A stretch of 64,000 nucleotides of DNA from Myxococcales bacterium (GTDB lineage: Bacteria; Myxococcota_A; Polyangia; Polyangiales; DASUME01). Location: positions 9,280,001 to 9,344,000 of the forward strand of contig JASGJH010000001.1 of assembly GCA_047601445.1 (NCBI GenBank). The letters are read 5' to 3'. The translations under genes and the position numbers were made by a program. Within the stretch, counting starts at the first letter, position 1; every line of letters starts with the position of its first letter. This document shows positions 39,830 to 49,210 of this stretch, piece after piece. The notes under the pieces were generated by a model. That model saw nothing but the letters and a program-made list of their open reading frames with translations, was not told the DNA's origin and ran no database searches.

Positions 39830-40945
39830 TCACTTCTCCGTGGCCTTGATCTGCTCCACGATGTTCTTCACCACCTCCGGATTGATCGACGTGGTGTGCG
39901 AATGTCCGCCCATCGTGAACTCGGAGTGGGCCCAGCCCGGATCGCAGTTCGGCCACTCTCCGAGCATCTGCATGTTGCCGATGTCCTTGGGGCCGACCTT
40001 GGCGTCGCAGCCGTGGTTCTTGGCGTCGGTGCTTTGATCCGGTAGGCCCGCGACCATGTCGGTGTCGCCCACCGTGTGGATCTGGGAGACGCGCTTGGGG
40101 CACTCGCTGTTCGCGCTGCCAGCGCCCGGACCAAAGCCGCCGCCTCCGACCTTGCTCGTGCCGCCGGACATGCCGAGCACACCGGTGGCGCGTGACTTGA
40201 GCATGTCGTCGCAGACGAAGGTCTTGGCGAACATGGCGCCCCATGAGTGGCCGGCGACCCACAGCCCTGTCAGGTCGTACTTGGCGAACTTCTCGTAGAC
40301 CCAGTCGATCACCGCGTAGAGGTGCGGCTTGTCTTGGCCGTTGTCTCCATTGCCCCACTGGGAGACCACGGACTTGGGCTCGACGACGATGAGGTTGTGG
40401 GAGTCGACCAGCTGGTAGGCCGCGAAGTAGCCGTGCGTGTAGAACTTGAGGTTCTCGGTGGACATGGTGCCGTGCAGCAGGAGCACCACGGTGACCGCGG
40501 CACCTTCATGCTTGTTGCAGGGGTAGGTCACGATCACGTCGCGACCTCCGACCTTCACGTTGGCCGCACCCAGTGGGCTGCCGAAGCCGCCCTTGGCGGG
40601 GCCGCAGGGCACGTCTGGTAGCGTCACCACGGGCTTGGATGGGTCGCCATCGAGAGGGCCTTCGTGACCCGGCTTCTCCGTGTCGCCATCGCCAACGTCA
40701 CCATCGCCGGTGTCGCCGTCACCCGAGTCTAGGTCGCCATCGCCGTCGCCGTCCCCCTTGTCGTCGTGCTTGCCATCGCCATCGCCATCGCCGTCCCCAT
40801 CGCCATCGCCGTCCCCATCGCCATCGCCGTCTCCGTCGCCGCTGATCGATTCGCCTAGCTTGTCCGTGTCGAGGGGCGCGGCTGCACACGCCGTCGTCGC
40901 CACGCACGCCAACAATCCCAACCAACGCCACGCTCGAGTCCGCAT
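39830..40945 (-). CDS. Alpha/beta-hydrolase lipoprotein with a (GD)n linker
   Basis: GGAGG RBS; TTAC lipobox; LLLHG, AGHSWGA nucleophile elbow, GDTD, GGHSH. Confidence 0.8.
   Translation of the reverse strand: MRTRAWRWLGLLACVATTACAAAPLDTDKLGESISGDGDGDGDGDGDGDGDGDGDGDGKHDDKGDGDGDGDLDSGDGDTGDGDVGDGDTEKPGHEGPLDGDPSKPVVTLPDVPCGPAKGGFGSPLGAANVKVGGRDVIVTYPCNKHEGAAVTVVLLLHGTMSTENLKFYTHGYFAAYQLVDSHNLIVVEPKSVVSQWGNGDNGQDKPHLYAVIDWVYEKFAKYDLTGLWVAGHSWGAMFAKTFVCDDMLKSRATGVLGMSGGTSKVGGGGFGPGAGSANSECPKRVSQIHTVGDTDMVAGLPDQSTDAKNHGCDAKVGPKDIGNMQMLGEWPNCDPGWAHSEFTMGGHSHTTSINPEVVKNIVEQIKATEK
40772..40840 (-). repeat. Coding hexamer repeat encoding G(DG)11
   Basis: Imperfect GAYGGN tandem array within the CDS. 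Confidence 0.9.
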
Positions 40946-41142
40946 ATCGTCCTCCGCAGTCCGCCACGCCGCCGCTCTCTTGCGAGCCTCTAACGCGTGT
41001 AGCGAGCGCGCCGCAAGCTCGACCACGTGCGGCGTAAAGTTGCGGTGTTCATGCCTGAAAACGCGGCGTTTGGCGCAAAGGGTCATGCCTTTGGAATGAC
41101 TCGACTGACCCCCTGTCGGCCCCCGTGCTAACTCGGGGGTCC

Positions 41143-42309
41143 ATGCGCGACGTGCCCCTTCGAACTGAGCTCGCTGACACCTGGCAAGACGTGGCGGCGT
41201 CATTCCGTCGCGCTCTGCCTGCGATCCTCGCCTTCGCCGTCATTCGTGCCCTGGGCCTGTGGGCGGTCTCGCTGGAAGCGCCGTCCCACAAGGTCGACTA
41301 CTGGCCGCTCTTCCACTCGGCCTACGACTGTCGCTGGTACATCAACGTCGTCAAAGACGGCTACGACACCACGGTCACGCCGCTCGACGCCTGGGGCAAG
41401 CTCCGCAACCCCAACGTGACGTTCTTCCCACTCTTGCCGGGCATGATGTGGCTGGTGAGCAAGCTCGGCTTCGAGGTCCACTGGAGCGGTCTCATCGTCT
41501 CCTGGTCCTTCAGTCTGCTCGCGGCCTGGGGCATCTATGCGGTCGGCGAGCGCCTCGACGGAAGGCGTACCGGCACGTTGCTCGCGCTGCTCTGGGGCTC
41601 GATGCCGCACAGCATCGTGCTCTCGATGGCGTACACCGAGGGCGTATTCACCGCACTGTGCGCGTTCTGCCTGCTGGCATTGCTCGACCGCAGGTGGCTC
41701 ACGGCGGCGCTCTTCTGCGTGCTCGCAGGGCTAACACGTCCCACCGGTGTGGCTCTGGTGGCCGCCGTTGGCGTGAGCGCCCTGCTCGCCGTCTTCAAGC
41801 GCCAGGACGGCTACCGTCCGTGGCTCTGCGGAGCCCTGTGTCCGCTCGGGTTCGTGGGCTGGCTCGCCTGGGTCGGACAGCGCCTGGGTTCGCCCACCGG
41901 ATACTTCGAGGCGATTCGCAAGTGGGGCAGTCCCTTCGACTTCGGCAAGTACACGCTGGCGCAGATCAAGAGCATCATGCTCGTGGCAGGTAAGCATCCG
42001 CTCGCGGTGATCGTCGTGATGATCGTCCTGGTGGTGGCGGTGGTTCTGTTCGCCTGGTGCATCGTGCTGCGGCAGCCGCTGCCGCTGCTCACGTTCTCGT
42101 TCATGGTGCTCGTGCTGGTGCTGGGCGCCGGTGGCTTCTTCCACTCCAAGGCGCGCATCCTCTTCCCGGCCTTCCCGCTGCTCTTGCCCATCGCCCAGGG
42201 CCTCAGCCGGGCGCCGCGCGCGGGCGCCTACGTGACCATGGCAGGTATCCTGGGCTGCTCCACGGTGTACTGGGTCTACCTGCGTCTGGTTTGGCTCTAT
42301 TCTCCCTAG
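41143..42309 (+). CDS. GT-C membrane glycosyltransferase (PIG-V / mannosyltransferase-like)
   Basis: YD..WY....GY, FFPLLP, AYTEG.F, LTRPTG; many TM segments. Confidence 0.82.
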   Translation: MRDVPLRTELADTWQDVAASFRRALPAILAFAVIRALGLWAVSLEAPSHKVDYWPLFHSAYDCRWYINVVKDGYDTTVTPLDAWGKLRNPNVTFFPLLPGMMWLVSKLGFEVHWSGLIVSWSFSLLAAWGIYAVGERLDGRRTGTLLALLWGSMPHSIVLSMAYTEGVFTALCAFCLLALLDRRWLTAALFCVLAGLTRPTGVALVAAVGVSALLAVFKRQDGYRPWLCGALCPLGFVGWLAWVGQRLGSPTGYFEAIRKWGSPFDFGKYTLAQIKSIMLVAGKHPLAVIVVMIVLVVAVVLFAWCIVLRQPLPLLTFSFMVLVLVLGAGGFFHSKARILFPAFPLLLPIAQGLSRAPRAGAYVTMAGILGCSTVYWVYLRLVWLYSP

Positions 42310-42378
42310 TTTCCCGGGAAAATCATCGAGGTCCGAAAACCGCGAGCGCGCCGGGGCGTGAAGGCCTAGCTTCCCTGG

Positions 42379-43950
42379 GTGGAGCTCGACCGCCAAGCCT
42401 GTTATCGCGTGCTCTTGGCGCGCGACCGCCGCTACGACGGGCGCTTCTTCACCTGCGTGACGAGCACCGGCATCTACTGCCGCCCGATTTGTCCGGCGCG
42501 CACACCCAAGCTCGAGAACTGCGTGTTCGTGACCAGCGCGGCGGCAGCCCAGGAGGCCGGGTACCGTCCGTGCCTACGCTGTCGTCCAGAGCGCTCGCCC
42601 GACATCGTGGGAACCTGGGGGAGCTCGGCGACCGTGTCGCGCGCGCTCAAGCTTATCGAACGCGGCGCGCTCGATGGGGACGACTGCGAGGCCCTCGCCG
42701 CCCGCCTCGGAGTCGGCGCGCGTCAGCTGCGGCGCTTGTTTCACCAGCACGTGGGAGCGTCGCCCATCAGCGTCGCGCAGACGCGCCGTGTGCTGCTGGC
42801 CAAGCAGCTCATCCACGACAGCAGCTTGAGCATGACCCAGGTGGCTTCGGCGAGCGGCTTCTCGAGTTTGCGGCGCTTCAACGAGACCTTTCGTGCGCTC
42901 TATGGACGCCCGCCGAGCGCCCTGCGAAGGCGCAGCGTTCCGGCGCGCGACACGAACTCATCGCTCGAGCTGTTCTTGCCCTATCGCCCGCCCTACGACT
43001 TTCCCCATCTGCTGGCATTTCTGCAGGCGCGCGCCATCACCGGCGTGGAGCAGGTGGTGGAGGGACGCTACGAGCGCGTGATCGACGTGGCAGGCCGTCC
43101 GGGTGCGCTTGCCGTCTCCAATTGTGCCGAGCGCAGCGCGCTGCGCGTGCGTGTGCATTTGCCGGACCTGGCTGCCTTGCCGAGCGTGGTGGCCCGGGTT
43201 CGCCACCTGTTCGATTTGGGGAGCGATCCGCGGGTCATCGCGCGCGAGCTCGGGCGCGATCCGCTGTTGGCGCCGCTGGTGGCCACTCGCCCGGGGCTGC
43301 GCGTGCCGGGCGCCTGGGACGCGTTCGAGGTGGCGGTGCGAGGCATCATCGGTCAGCAAATCACGGTGCGCGCCGCTACGAAGCTCCTGGGCGAGCTCGT
43401 GGCGAACCTGGGCAGCCCGCTCGCTCGGGGGCCGTGGGAGCCAGGCTTGAGTCATGCCTTTCCCAGCCCCGAGCGCTTCGAGCTCGCGAAGCTCGAGCGG
43501 CTCGGTATGCCGCGCGCACGGGCGGCCGCGCTCCACGGCGTGGCGCGCACGCTCCTGAGTGAGCCCGATCTCTTCGAGGTGGGACGCTCGCTGGAAGAGA
43601 CCGTCGCGCGCCTGGTGCAGCTGCCGGGCATCGGAGAGTGGACGGCCCAGTACATCGCGATGCGCGCGCTGGGGCAGAGCGACGCCTTGCCCGTCGGCGA
43701 CATCGGTCTGTTGCGCGCGCTGGCGCAGGACGGCGTTCGCCCCACGCCCAAGGTGCTCCTGGCGCGCGCGGAGGCCTGGCGTCCTTGGCGTTCCTACGCA
43801 GTGCTGCACTTGTGGACCGAGGAGGCCGCGCGCGCGGCCTCGAAACCGCCATCTGCCCAGCCCGCCGAGCGCCGAGCACCGCGCCGCCGCAACGAGTCCA
43901 AACGAACCAAGGAGGAGCGCCGTGTCGACGTCCATGCCGCTGCGAGTTGA
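42379..43950 (+). CDS. alkA: Ada-AlkA fusion (Ada Zn domain, AraC HTH, DNA-3-methyladenine glycosylase II)
   Basis: GIYCRPICPA, PCLRCRP, SGFSSLRRFN, LPGIGEWTA HhH, WRPWRSYA. Confidence 0.93.
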   Translation: MELDRQACYRVLLARDRRYDGRFFTCVTSTGIYCRPICPARTPKLENCVFVTSAAAAQEAGYRPCLRCRPERSPDIVGTWGSSATVSRALKLIERGALDGDDCEALAARLGVGARQLRRLFHQHVGASPISVAQTRRVLLAKQLIHDSSLSMTQVASASGFSSLRRFNETFRALYGRPPSALRRRSVPARDTNSSLELFLPYRPPYDFPHLLAFLQARAITGVEQVVEGRYERVIDVAGRPGALAVSNCAERSALRVRVHLPDLAALPSVVARVRHLFDLGSDPRVIARELGRDPLLAPLVATRPGLRVPGAWDAFEVAVRGIIGQQITVRAATKLLGELVANLGSPLARGPWEPGLSHAFPSPERFELAKLERLGMPRARAAALHGVARTLLSEPDLFEVGRSLEETVARLVQLPGIGEWTAQYIAMRALGQSDALPVGDIGLLRALAQDGVRPTPKVLLARAEAWRPWRSYAVLHLWTEEAARAASKPPSAQPAERRAPRRRNESKRTKEERRVDVHAAAS

Positions 43951-44455
43951 GCGTCACCTCTCACCCCTGGGCCCACTGCTGCTGGTGACCAGCCAGGATG
44001 GCACCCTGCGGGCACTGGATTACGAGGCCTACAGAGACCGCATGCTGCGTTTGCTCGCGCTGCACTATGGCGAATGCGCGCTCACCCCGAGTCCCGGGAG
44101 TCCCTCGCTCGCGCGTGCCCTCGCCGACTACTTCACGGGTGACCTGGAACGACTCGAGGCGCTGCCCGTGGCCACCGGGGGCACGGCCTTTCAACGCGAG
44201 GTTTGGCGGGCCCTGCGCGCGATTCCTGCCGGCACCAGGCTTTCTTACGGTGAGCTTGCGGCGCGCCTCGGACGGCCGAGCGCAGCGCGTGCGGTGGGAC
44301 TCGCCAATGGCGCGAACCCGATCGCCATCGTGGTCCCCTGTCACAGGGTGATCGGCGCGAACGGTTCGCTCACTGGCTACGCGGGCGGTGTCGAGCGCAA
44401 GCGCTGGCTGCTCGAGCACGAAGCGCGTCGCACTCCGTTCGTGGCGAGTGTCTGA
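43922..44455 (+). CDS. ogt: Methylated-DNA--protein-cysteine methyltransferase
   Basis: AGGAGG RBS; GTAFQREVW, RAVGLANGANP, PCHRV active site. Confidence 0.95.
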   Translation: MSTSMPLRVERHLSPLGPLLLVTSQDGTLRALDYEAYRDRMLRLLALHYGECALTPSPGSPSLARALADYFTGDLERLEALPVATGGTAFQREVWRALRAIPAGTRLSYGELAARLGRPSAARAVGLANGANPIAIVVPCHRVIGANGSLTGYAGGVERKRWLLEHEARRTPFVASV

Positions 44456-44536
44456 AAGGCAGACGCAGACGTAACGCGCTTGACAAGTTGGCGAAGAGGC
44501 GCGCGCTCTAGGCCCAAAATCTCGGTGTTTTCGCGT

Positions 44537-44552
44537 TGGCACGTCGCCTGCT
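44537..44552 (+). promoter_or_regulatory. Sigma54 -24/-12 promoter
   Basis: TGGCACG-TCGC-CTGCT with correct GG-N10-GC spacing. Confidence 0.7.
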
Positions 44553-44563
44553 CATGCGGCTGC

Positions 44564-44974
44564 ATGCACAAACAACTTTTGAGATTGCAGAGCTCCGAGC
44601 ACGCGCGCAGGTCACGGCGCAGGCTCGGCATGACGTTGATCGAGATCATGATCGTGGTCGTCATCATGGCCCTCGTCACCATGGGGGTGGCGGTGGCCGT
44701 GGTCCCAGCGTTCGAGCAAGCCAAGCTCAAACAAGCGGAGTCGGCTGTTCAAACCGTGAAGAATGCCGTCACCCTCTACAAGATCACGCACAGCTCGGAG
44801 TGCCCCAGCATGACCCAGCTCACCGAGGCCAACGTGATCCAGCGCTCCACCGCCACCAAGGACCCATGGGAGCACGACTTCGCCATCGCTTGCGACGCTC
44901 AAGAAATCTCCGTGCGCTCCGCTGGACCCGACGGCGAGTTCGACACGGTGGACGATGTGCCTCGCGGCGAGTGA
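44564..44974 (+). CDS. GspG-like type II secretion pseudopilin
   Basis: Basic leader, G|MTLIE prepilin cleavage site, DPW and SAGPDG..DD motifs. Confidence 0.88.
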   Translation: MHKQLLRLQSSEHARRSRRRLGMTLIEIMIVVVIMALVTMGVAVAVVPAFEQAKLKQAESAVQTVKNAVTLYKITHSSECPSMTQLTEANVIQRSTATKDPWEHDFAIACDAQEISVRSAGPDGEFDTVDDVPRGE

Positions 44975-45116
44975 GCATGCCTCTGCGCGGCGAACGCTGC
45001 TTCGTCGCCCCGCTCGTCCGCGGCGGTAGTCTCACAGATGGTGGGGCGCTGTCGGCTCCGCCGCCCACGCGAACGAGCAGGCGGGTTCGACCTGCGAATC
45101 CAAGGAGGAGGGCACC

Positions 45117-45416
45117 ATGCGCACCATGTTGAAGGTCACCATGCCGGTGGAGGCGGGCAACCAGGCGATCAAGGAAGGCACGATGCAGAAGGTGATGATG
45201 GCCTTCGCGAACCAGTGCAAGCCAGAGGCGGCTTACTTCATCGCGGAGGGAGGGGATTGCACGGGGGTCTTCGTGTTCGACCTCAAGGACCCCACCACGC
45301 TGCCTTCGGTGTGTGAGCCGTTCTTCTTCCAGCTCAAGGCCAGGGTCACCGTGACGCCGACCATGAACATGGAGGAGATGAAGGCAGGCATCGAGCGTGC
45401 AATGCGACCGATGTGA
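45117..45416 (+). CDS. Conserved hypothetical small protein (ferredoxin-like / GYD-like)
   Basis: AGGAGG RBS; GN.AIK.G, KPEAAYF, EPFF..L.A.V..TP.M. Confidence 0.75.
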   Translation: MRTMLKVTMPVEAGNQAIKEGTMQKVMMAFANQCKPEAAYFIAEGGDCTGVFVFDLKDPTTLPSVCEPFFFQLKARVTVTPTMNMEEMKAGIERAMRPM

Positions 45417-45463
45417 GCGGGCTCGGGCATCCCGTCCGTGCACGGGCGTGATAGAACGGCGGG

Positions 45464-45850
45464 ATGTCGCTGAGCGAGCACGTGCAGAAGTTCGTCGAGT
45501 TGTGTGAGCAGGGCCGTACGCTGCAGGCCATGGATGCCTACTATGCCGAGGACGTGGTGGTGTACGAGAACCACGAACGCGCCCGCACCGGACGTGACGA
45601 ATGCCGAGCCTACGAGGAGCGAGCGCTCCAACAGGTGAGGCAATCCAGTCTAAAGGCTCGAGCGCGCGCGGTGGAGGCGCGGGATGGCGTGGCCTTCATC
45701 GAGTGGTTGATCCGCTTCGTGGGAGACGACGGGCGCCCGATGCGGCTCGAGGAGGTGGCCGTGCAGCGCTGGGCCGGCGGACGCATCATCGAGGAGCGCT
45801 TCTACTACGCCGGAGTGATCGACGAAGGGGACGAGGACGCCGAGACATGA
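45464..45850 (+). CDS. SnoaL-like / NTF2 family protein
   Basis: YYAEDVVVYEN, EEVAVQRW..GRI.EERFYY. Confidence 0.85.
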   Translation: MSLSEHVQKFVELCEQGRTLQAMDAYYAEDVVVYENHERARTGRDECRAYEERALQQVRQSSLKARARAVEARDGVAFIEWLIRFVGDDGRPMRLEEVAVQRWAGGRIIEERFYYAGVIDEGDEDAET

Positions 45851-45882
45851 AGGCGTTCATCACGGAGGGGAGGGCGCCGCCG

Positions 45883-46314
45883 TCAGAGCAGCGGCTCGTA
45901 GCCGCCGCCGCGCTGCCTGCGACGGCACTCGGGCTTGAGCTCGCTGCGGGTGTTGGCCTCGAGGAGGGCGCAGGGGTCGAACCAGTGTAGGGTGCGAATC
46001 TCCGCGAGCACCGGGGCGAGCTCACCCTCGAATTCCGGGTTGTCCGGACAGCGGGTATGCCAGAGCGCGAACCGGTCCGGCACCTCCTCGAAGCACAGCA
46101 GTTCCTTCACCCCGCCGTTGCAGTTCGTGGCCACGACTAGCACCTGGCCCGGCAAGCGCCCGCGCTCGTGGACCCGGACCACCAGGTCGTGGTGGAACTC
46201 GCCCTGTTTCCAGTGCGCCACGATGTCGTAACCACGATGCTTGGTGATGACCGCTTCGAGCAGGGACCCGAAGGAGAGCTGGCGGGCGAGCTGGGCGAGG
46301 GCGTCATTGGGCAT
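45883..46314 (-). CDS. Hypothetical protein
   Basis: Typical codon usage; HWKQGEFHHD, TNCNGG, FDPC motifs. Confidence 0.75.
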   Translation of the reverse strand: MPNDALAQLARQLSFGSLLEAVITKHRGYDIVAHWKQGEFHHDLVVRVHERGRLPGQVLVVATNCNGGVKELLCFEEVPDRFALWHTRCPDNPEFEGELAPVLAEIRTLHWFDPCALLEANTRSELKPECRRRQRGGGYEPLL

Positions 46315-46417
46315 GCCTTCAGAACGCGTGCGGAGGGAAGAAAGTTCTAAATCGGCGTTCGGGCCCACGCTTTTTGTGTAGGTGGATCTCTCCCCAGCGC
46401 GCTTTTCCAGGCGGGCT

Positions 46418-47191
46418 TCAGTCGGTGGCCGTCTCGAAGGCCCGGAAGCGCTGGACGGCGTCCTGGACGAATGGGGAGAGGCTGACCGCGCCGACCAGGG
46501 CCTGGTTGATGGCGTGCCAGGGATGGGGCAACGGTCGCAGGACGTCCACGAACAGCACCACGCGGTCCTGCGCCGAGTCGTTCCAGACCTCGTGCTCGTA
46601 GGTGTCGTCGAACATCAGGCTCTTGCCCTCTTCCCACTGCAACAAGTGCTGGTCCACACGCAAGCGGCAGCGCTCGGGGTGAGGCACCACGAGCCCGAGG
46701 TGATAGCGCAGGAGACCCTTGTACGGGCCGCGGTGGGCAGGCACGTGGGTGCGCGGACCCAGGATGGAGAAGAACGCCGTCTTCATGCCTGGGATGGTCT
46801 CGACCAGCTGCGCCGTGCGCGGGCAGCGGCGGCAATTGACCTCCGAGCGATAGCCATAGGCGTGCAAGAAGAAGGTCTTCCAAGCGTGGCCCTGAGTCAG
46901 GTGAGCCTGGTCGGGCGAGATGTCCTGGAAGTTCGGGATGCGACCGCGAAAGGCGAGCACGCGCTCGAGTTCCGCCCGCATGTCGTGCCAGTGCTGCTCG
47001 AGCGGATGCACCCAGGGAAAGGCGTGGGCATCGAACACGGGGCGGTCGCCGTACGCCGAGCGCGCCGCGAGCCCTTCGCCGAGCTTGTCGAGGACCCTGC
47101 GACCCGAGCGCATGCCCTTACGGAGGACACGTCGCAGGGCGGGCACGGCCGGCGTGTAACTGGGGGGCGCAAATGGGATGTCGGTAGCCAT
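46418..47191 (-). CDS. Aspartyl/asparaginyl beta-hydroxylase (LpxO-like 2OG-Fe dioxygenase)
   Basis: AFFSILGP...HRGPYKGLLRYHLGL, FDDTYEHEVWN, RVVLFVD. Confidence 0.9.
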   Translation of the reverse strand: MATDIPFAPPSYTPAVPALRRVLRKGMRSGRRVLDKLGEGLAARSAYGDRPVFDAHAFPWVHPLEQHWHDMRAELERVLAFRGRIPNFQDISPDQAHLTQGHAWKTFFLHAYGYRSEVNCRRCPRTAQLVETIPGMKTAFFSILGPRTHVPAHRGPYKGLLRYHLGLVVPHPERCRLRVDQHLLQWEEGKSLMFDDTYEHEVWNDSAQDRVVLFVDVLRPLPHPWHAINQALVGAVSLSPFVQDAVQRFRAFETATD

Positions 47192-47410
47192 TCCGCTTCA
47201 CCCGAGCACGTAGGATGCCAGCCGAAGACTGTGCGAACGCGCGCGATTTGCCGGACTTACGCGAGATTTCTGTGGCGATGTGGGAGCCGGCGTAGCAGCT
47301 GCCTCACCTCGCGTTGCCGTCTTGGCAAAGCGTGCGCAGCGCCGGCGAGCGACTTCGCCAACCTGTCCAAAACTCCCGCCAAAGGTCCTCAAAATACGGG
47401 GGAATTTCAT

Positions 47411-47426
47411 TGGCGCACAGCTTGCT
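47411..47426 (+). promoter_or_regulatory. Sigma54 -24/-12 promoter
   Basis: TGGCGCA-CAGC-TTGCT with correct spacing. Confidence 0.7.
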
Positions 47427-47438
47427 CAGAGCCCCGGC

Positions 47439-48683
47439 ATGCACATTCAGTTGGTGTCGAGCGCCGCGCTCTGCGGCGTGTGGCGTCGTCTTGCGTCTTG
47501 CTCCTGGCATGCGGGAGCTCTCTGGTGGGGAGTCTGCGCGGCCCTGCTGTGGCCGTGCGCCATGGTCGGCGCGTCGCCGCCTGCCGGAGCCACGCCGTCC
47601 TTCCCCTTGAGTCAGGTGAGCGTGAGCATCGACAGCGATGAGAAGGAACGCTCCGAGGCGCTCTACGTGAACAAAGAGCAATGTGAAGTCGCGGAGGATG
47701 GCCAGGGGGTTACCATCGAGATCACGGTGACGTCGCTGAGCACGCAGCTCAATGCCGGCGCCGGGGTGCTCGAGCTATGGGTCGGCCAGTACTCCCAGGA
47801 CTGCTCGCTGGGTTCGAACCGGCAAACACTCAATGTTTCCCTCGATCACAAGACCGTCTGCTACCAGGTCGCCGATCCGATCTACGCCATCGACGCCACC
47901 AAGCAGAAATTCAAGCTCAACGCGCGCAGCCTGTTCTCGAGCGATCCGTCCGATCCAGACGTGGGTTGCGACCTCCAGAGCGGCCAGTCACTGTGGATCC
48001 TCCCGCTCGCCAATGCCACCCCGACCAGCGGCGCACCGGGCGATGCGATCGCGCCCGCGCTCGAGATCCGTTTCGTCGTCGATGTGACAGCGCTCGGTGC
48101 GCCAACCGACGTAAGTGGGGGCAGCGGCGAGACCCAGGCCGTAGTCGACTGGGACGCGCCGAGTGGGGCCGACACGCTCACCACCTACGAGATCTACTAC
48201 GACCTCACCGGCATCAGCGAGAGCGCCGATGCCACCTGCAGCTCGGAGCTCCTGGTGCCGGGGGCCGAAGCGGGAACGCCGAGTGAGGGCAGCCTCGAGC
48301 GTGTCAGTCTCGGGAACGCTACGCGCAAGACCATCAATCCTGGCGACCTGGGACTTGCCATCGGCGAGAAGGTGCCGCTCGCGCTCGTGGCGCTCGACGC
48401 GGCGGGGAACCGCAGCGTGCTGTCGGAGGTGGTGTGTCTGCGCATGGTGGATACGCAAGGCTTTTGGGACGCGTGCGACGCCGATGCGAGCTGTCGCGGA
48501 GGTCTCGCTGCGTGCAGCGCGGCGCCTTGGACGACGGCGCGCGAGGACGGGGGCGCGTTCGCGTGGGAGCTAGCGGGCCTCCTGTTCGCGCTGCTCTGGC
48601 GTAAGCGCCCTCGAGGCGCGGGCAGAGGCGGTGCTGGAGCGCGCGGCCCGGCTCAGGAGAGACGCGGTCGGTCTCACACGTAG
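47439..48683 (+). CDS. Secreted FN3-like protein with a MYXO-CTERM-like C-terminal anchor
   Basis: GETQAVVDW..YEIYY, ALDAAGNRS.LS; C-terminal GG..CS..hydrophobic..WRKRPR. Confidence 0.7.
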   Translation: MHIQLVSSAALCGVWRRLASCSWHAGALWWGVCAALLWPCAMVGASPPAGATPSFPLSQVSVSIDSDEKERSEALYVNKEQCEVAEDGQGVTIEITVTSLSTQLNAGAGVLELWVGQYSQDCSLGSNRQTLNVSLDHKTVCYQVADPIYAIDATKQKFKLNARSLFSSDPSDPDVGCDLQSGQSLWILPLANATPTSGAPGDAIAPALEIRFVVDVTALGAPTDVSGGSGETQAVVDWDAPSGADTLTTYEIYYDLTGISESADATCSSELLVPGAEAGTPSEGSLERVSLGNATRKTINPGDLGLAIGEKVPLALVALDAAGNRSVLSEVVCLRMVDTQGFWDACDADASCRGGLAACSAAPWTTAREDGGAFAWELAGLLFALLWRKRPRGAGRGGAGARGPAQERRGRSHT

Positions 48684-48814
48684 ACCGTCGAGCGAGCAGC
48701 TCTTCGCACGCGATTCCGCGGGCATCGGAAGAATCGACTAGACGCGGAGACAGCGCACGCTCCGCGCCATTGCACGGTCCAGGAGGCGTGGGAGATCACA
48801 AGAAAGGAGGAGCC

Positions 48815-49138
48815 ATGGCGGACACGATCAGCGGTCAACCCCTCGGCCAAGACGATGAGTACGGAGCGTCGTCGCAAGCACCGCTTCCGTCCGAGGGCCC
48901 GCAGTCCAGCGGCTCTTCGAGCATCCAGACGGAGAGCAACGTTCGACTCGACAACGATCACGACCTCTCGCGCATTGGCGTGTGGATGGTCAGTCTTGGG
49001 GGCCTCGGCGTGTTGTGCGGAGGCGCGTTCCTCGTCGCCGGCGGCATCCTGCCAGGCGGCCTCGTGATCGCGGTCTCCTTGCTGTGCGCGTTCGTGGGCA
49101 TGTTGGCGTTGGGGCTGGTAGCGCACCACCAGGGCTAG
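48815..49138 (+). CDS. Small two-TM membrane protein
   Basis: AAAGGAGG RBS; polar N-terminus, two hydrophobic helices. Confidence 0.75.
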   Translation: MADTISGQPLGQDDEYGASSQAPLPSEGPQSSGSSSIQTESNVRLDNDHDLSRIGVWMVSLGGLGVLCGGAFLVAGGILPGGLVIAVSLLCAFVGMLALGLVAHHQG

Positions 49139-49210
49139 CGGTGTCCTCAACCCACGTTTCCAGGCGCAACGAACCGTGCTTTCGTCCGTGAATCGTGCCA
49201 GTTTAGGGGA

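Noticed and set aside
45077..45095. GGTTCGA in a hairpin resembling a tRNA T-arm
   Set aside because: Loop size is wrong and no cloverleaf or acceptor stem can be built
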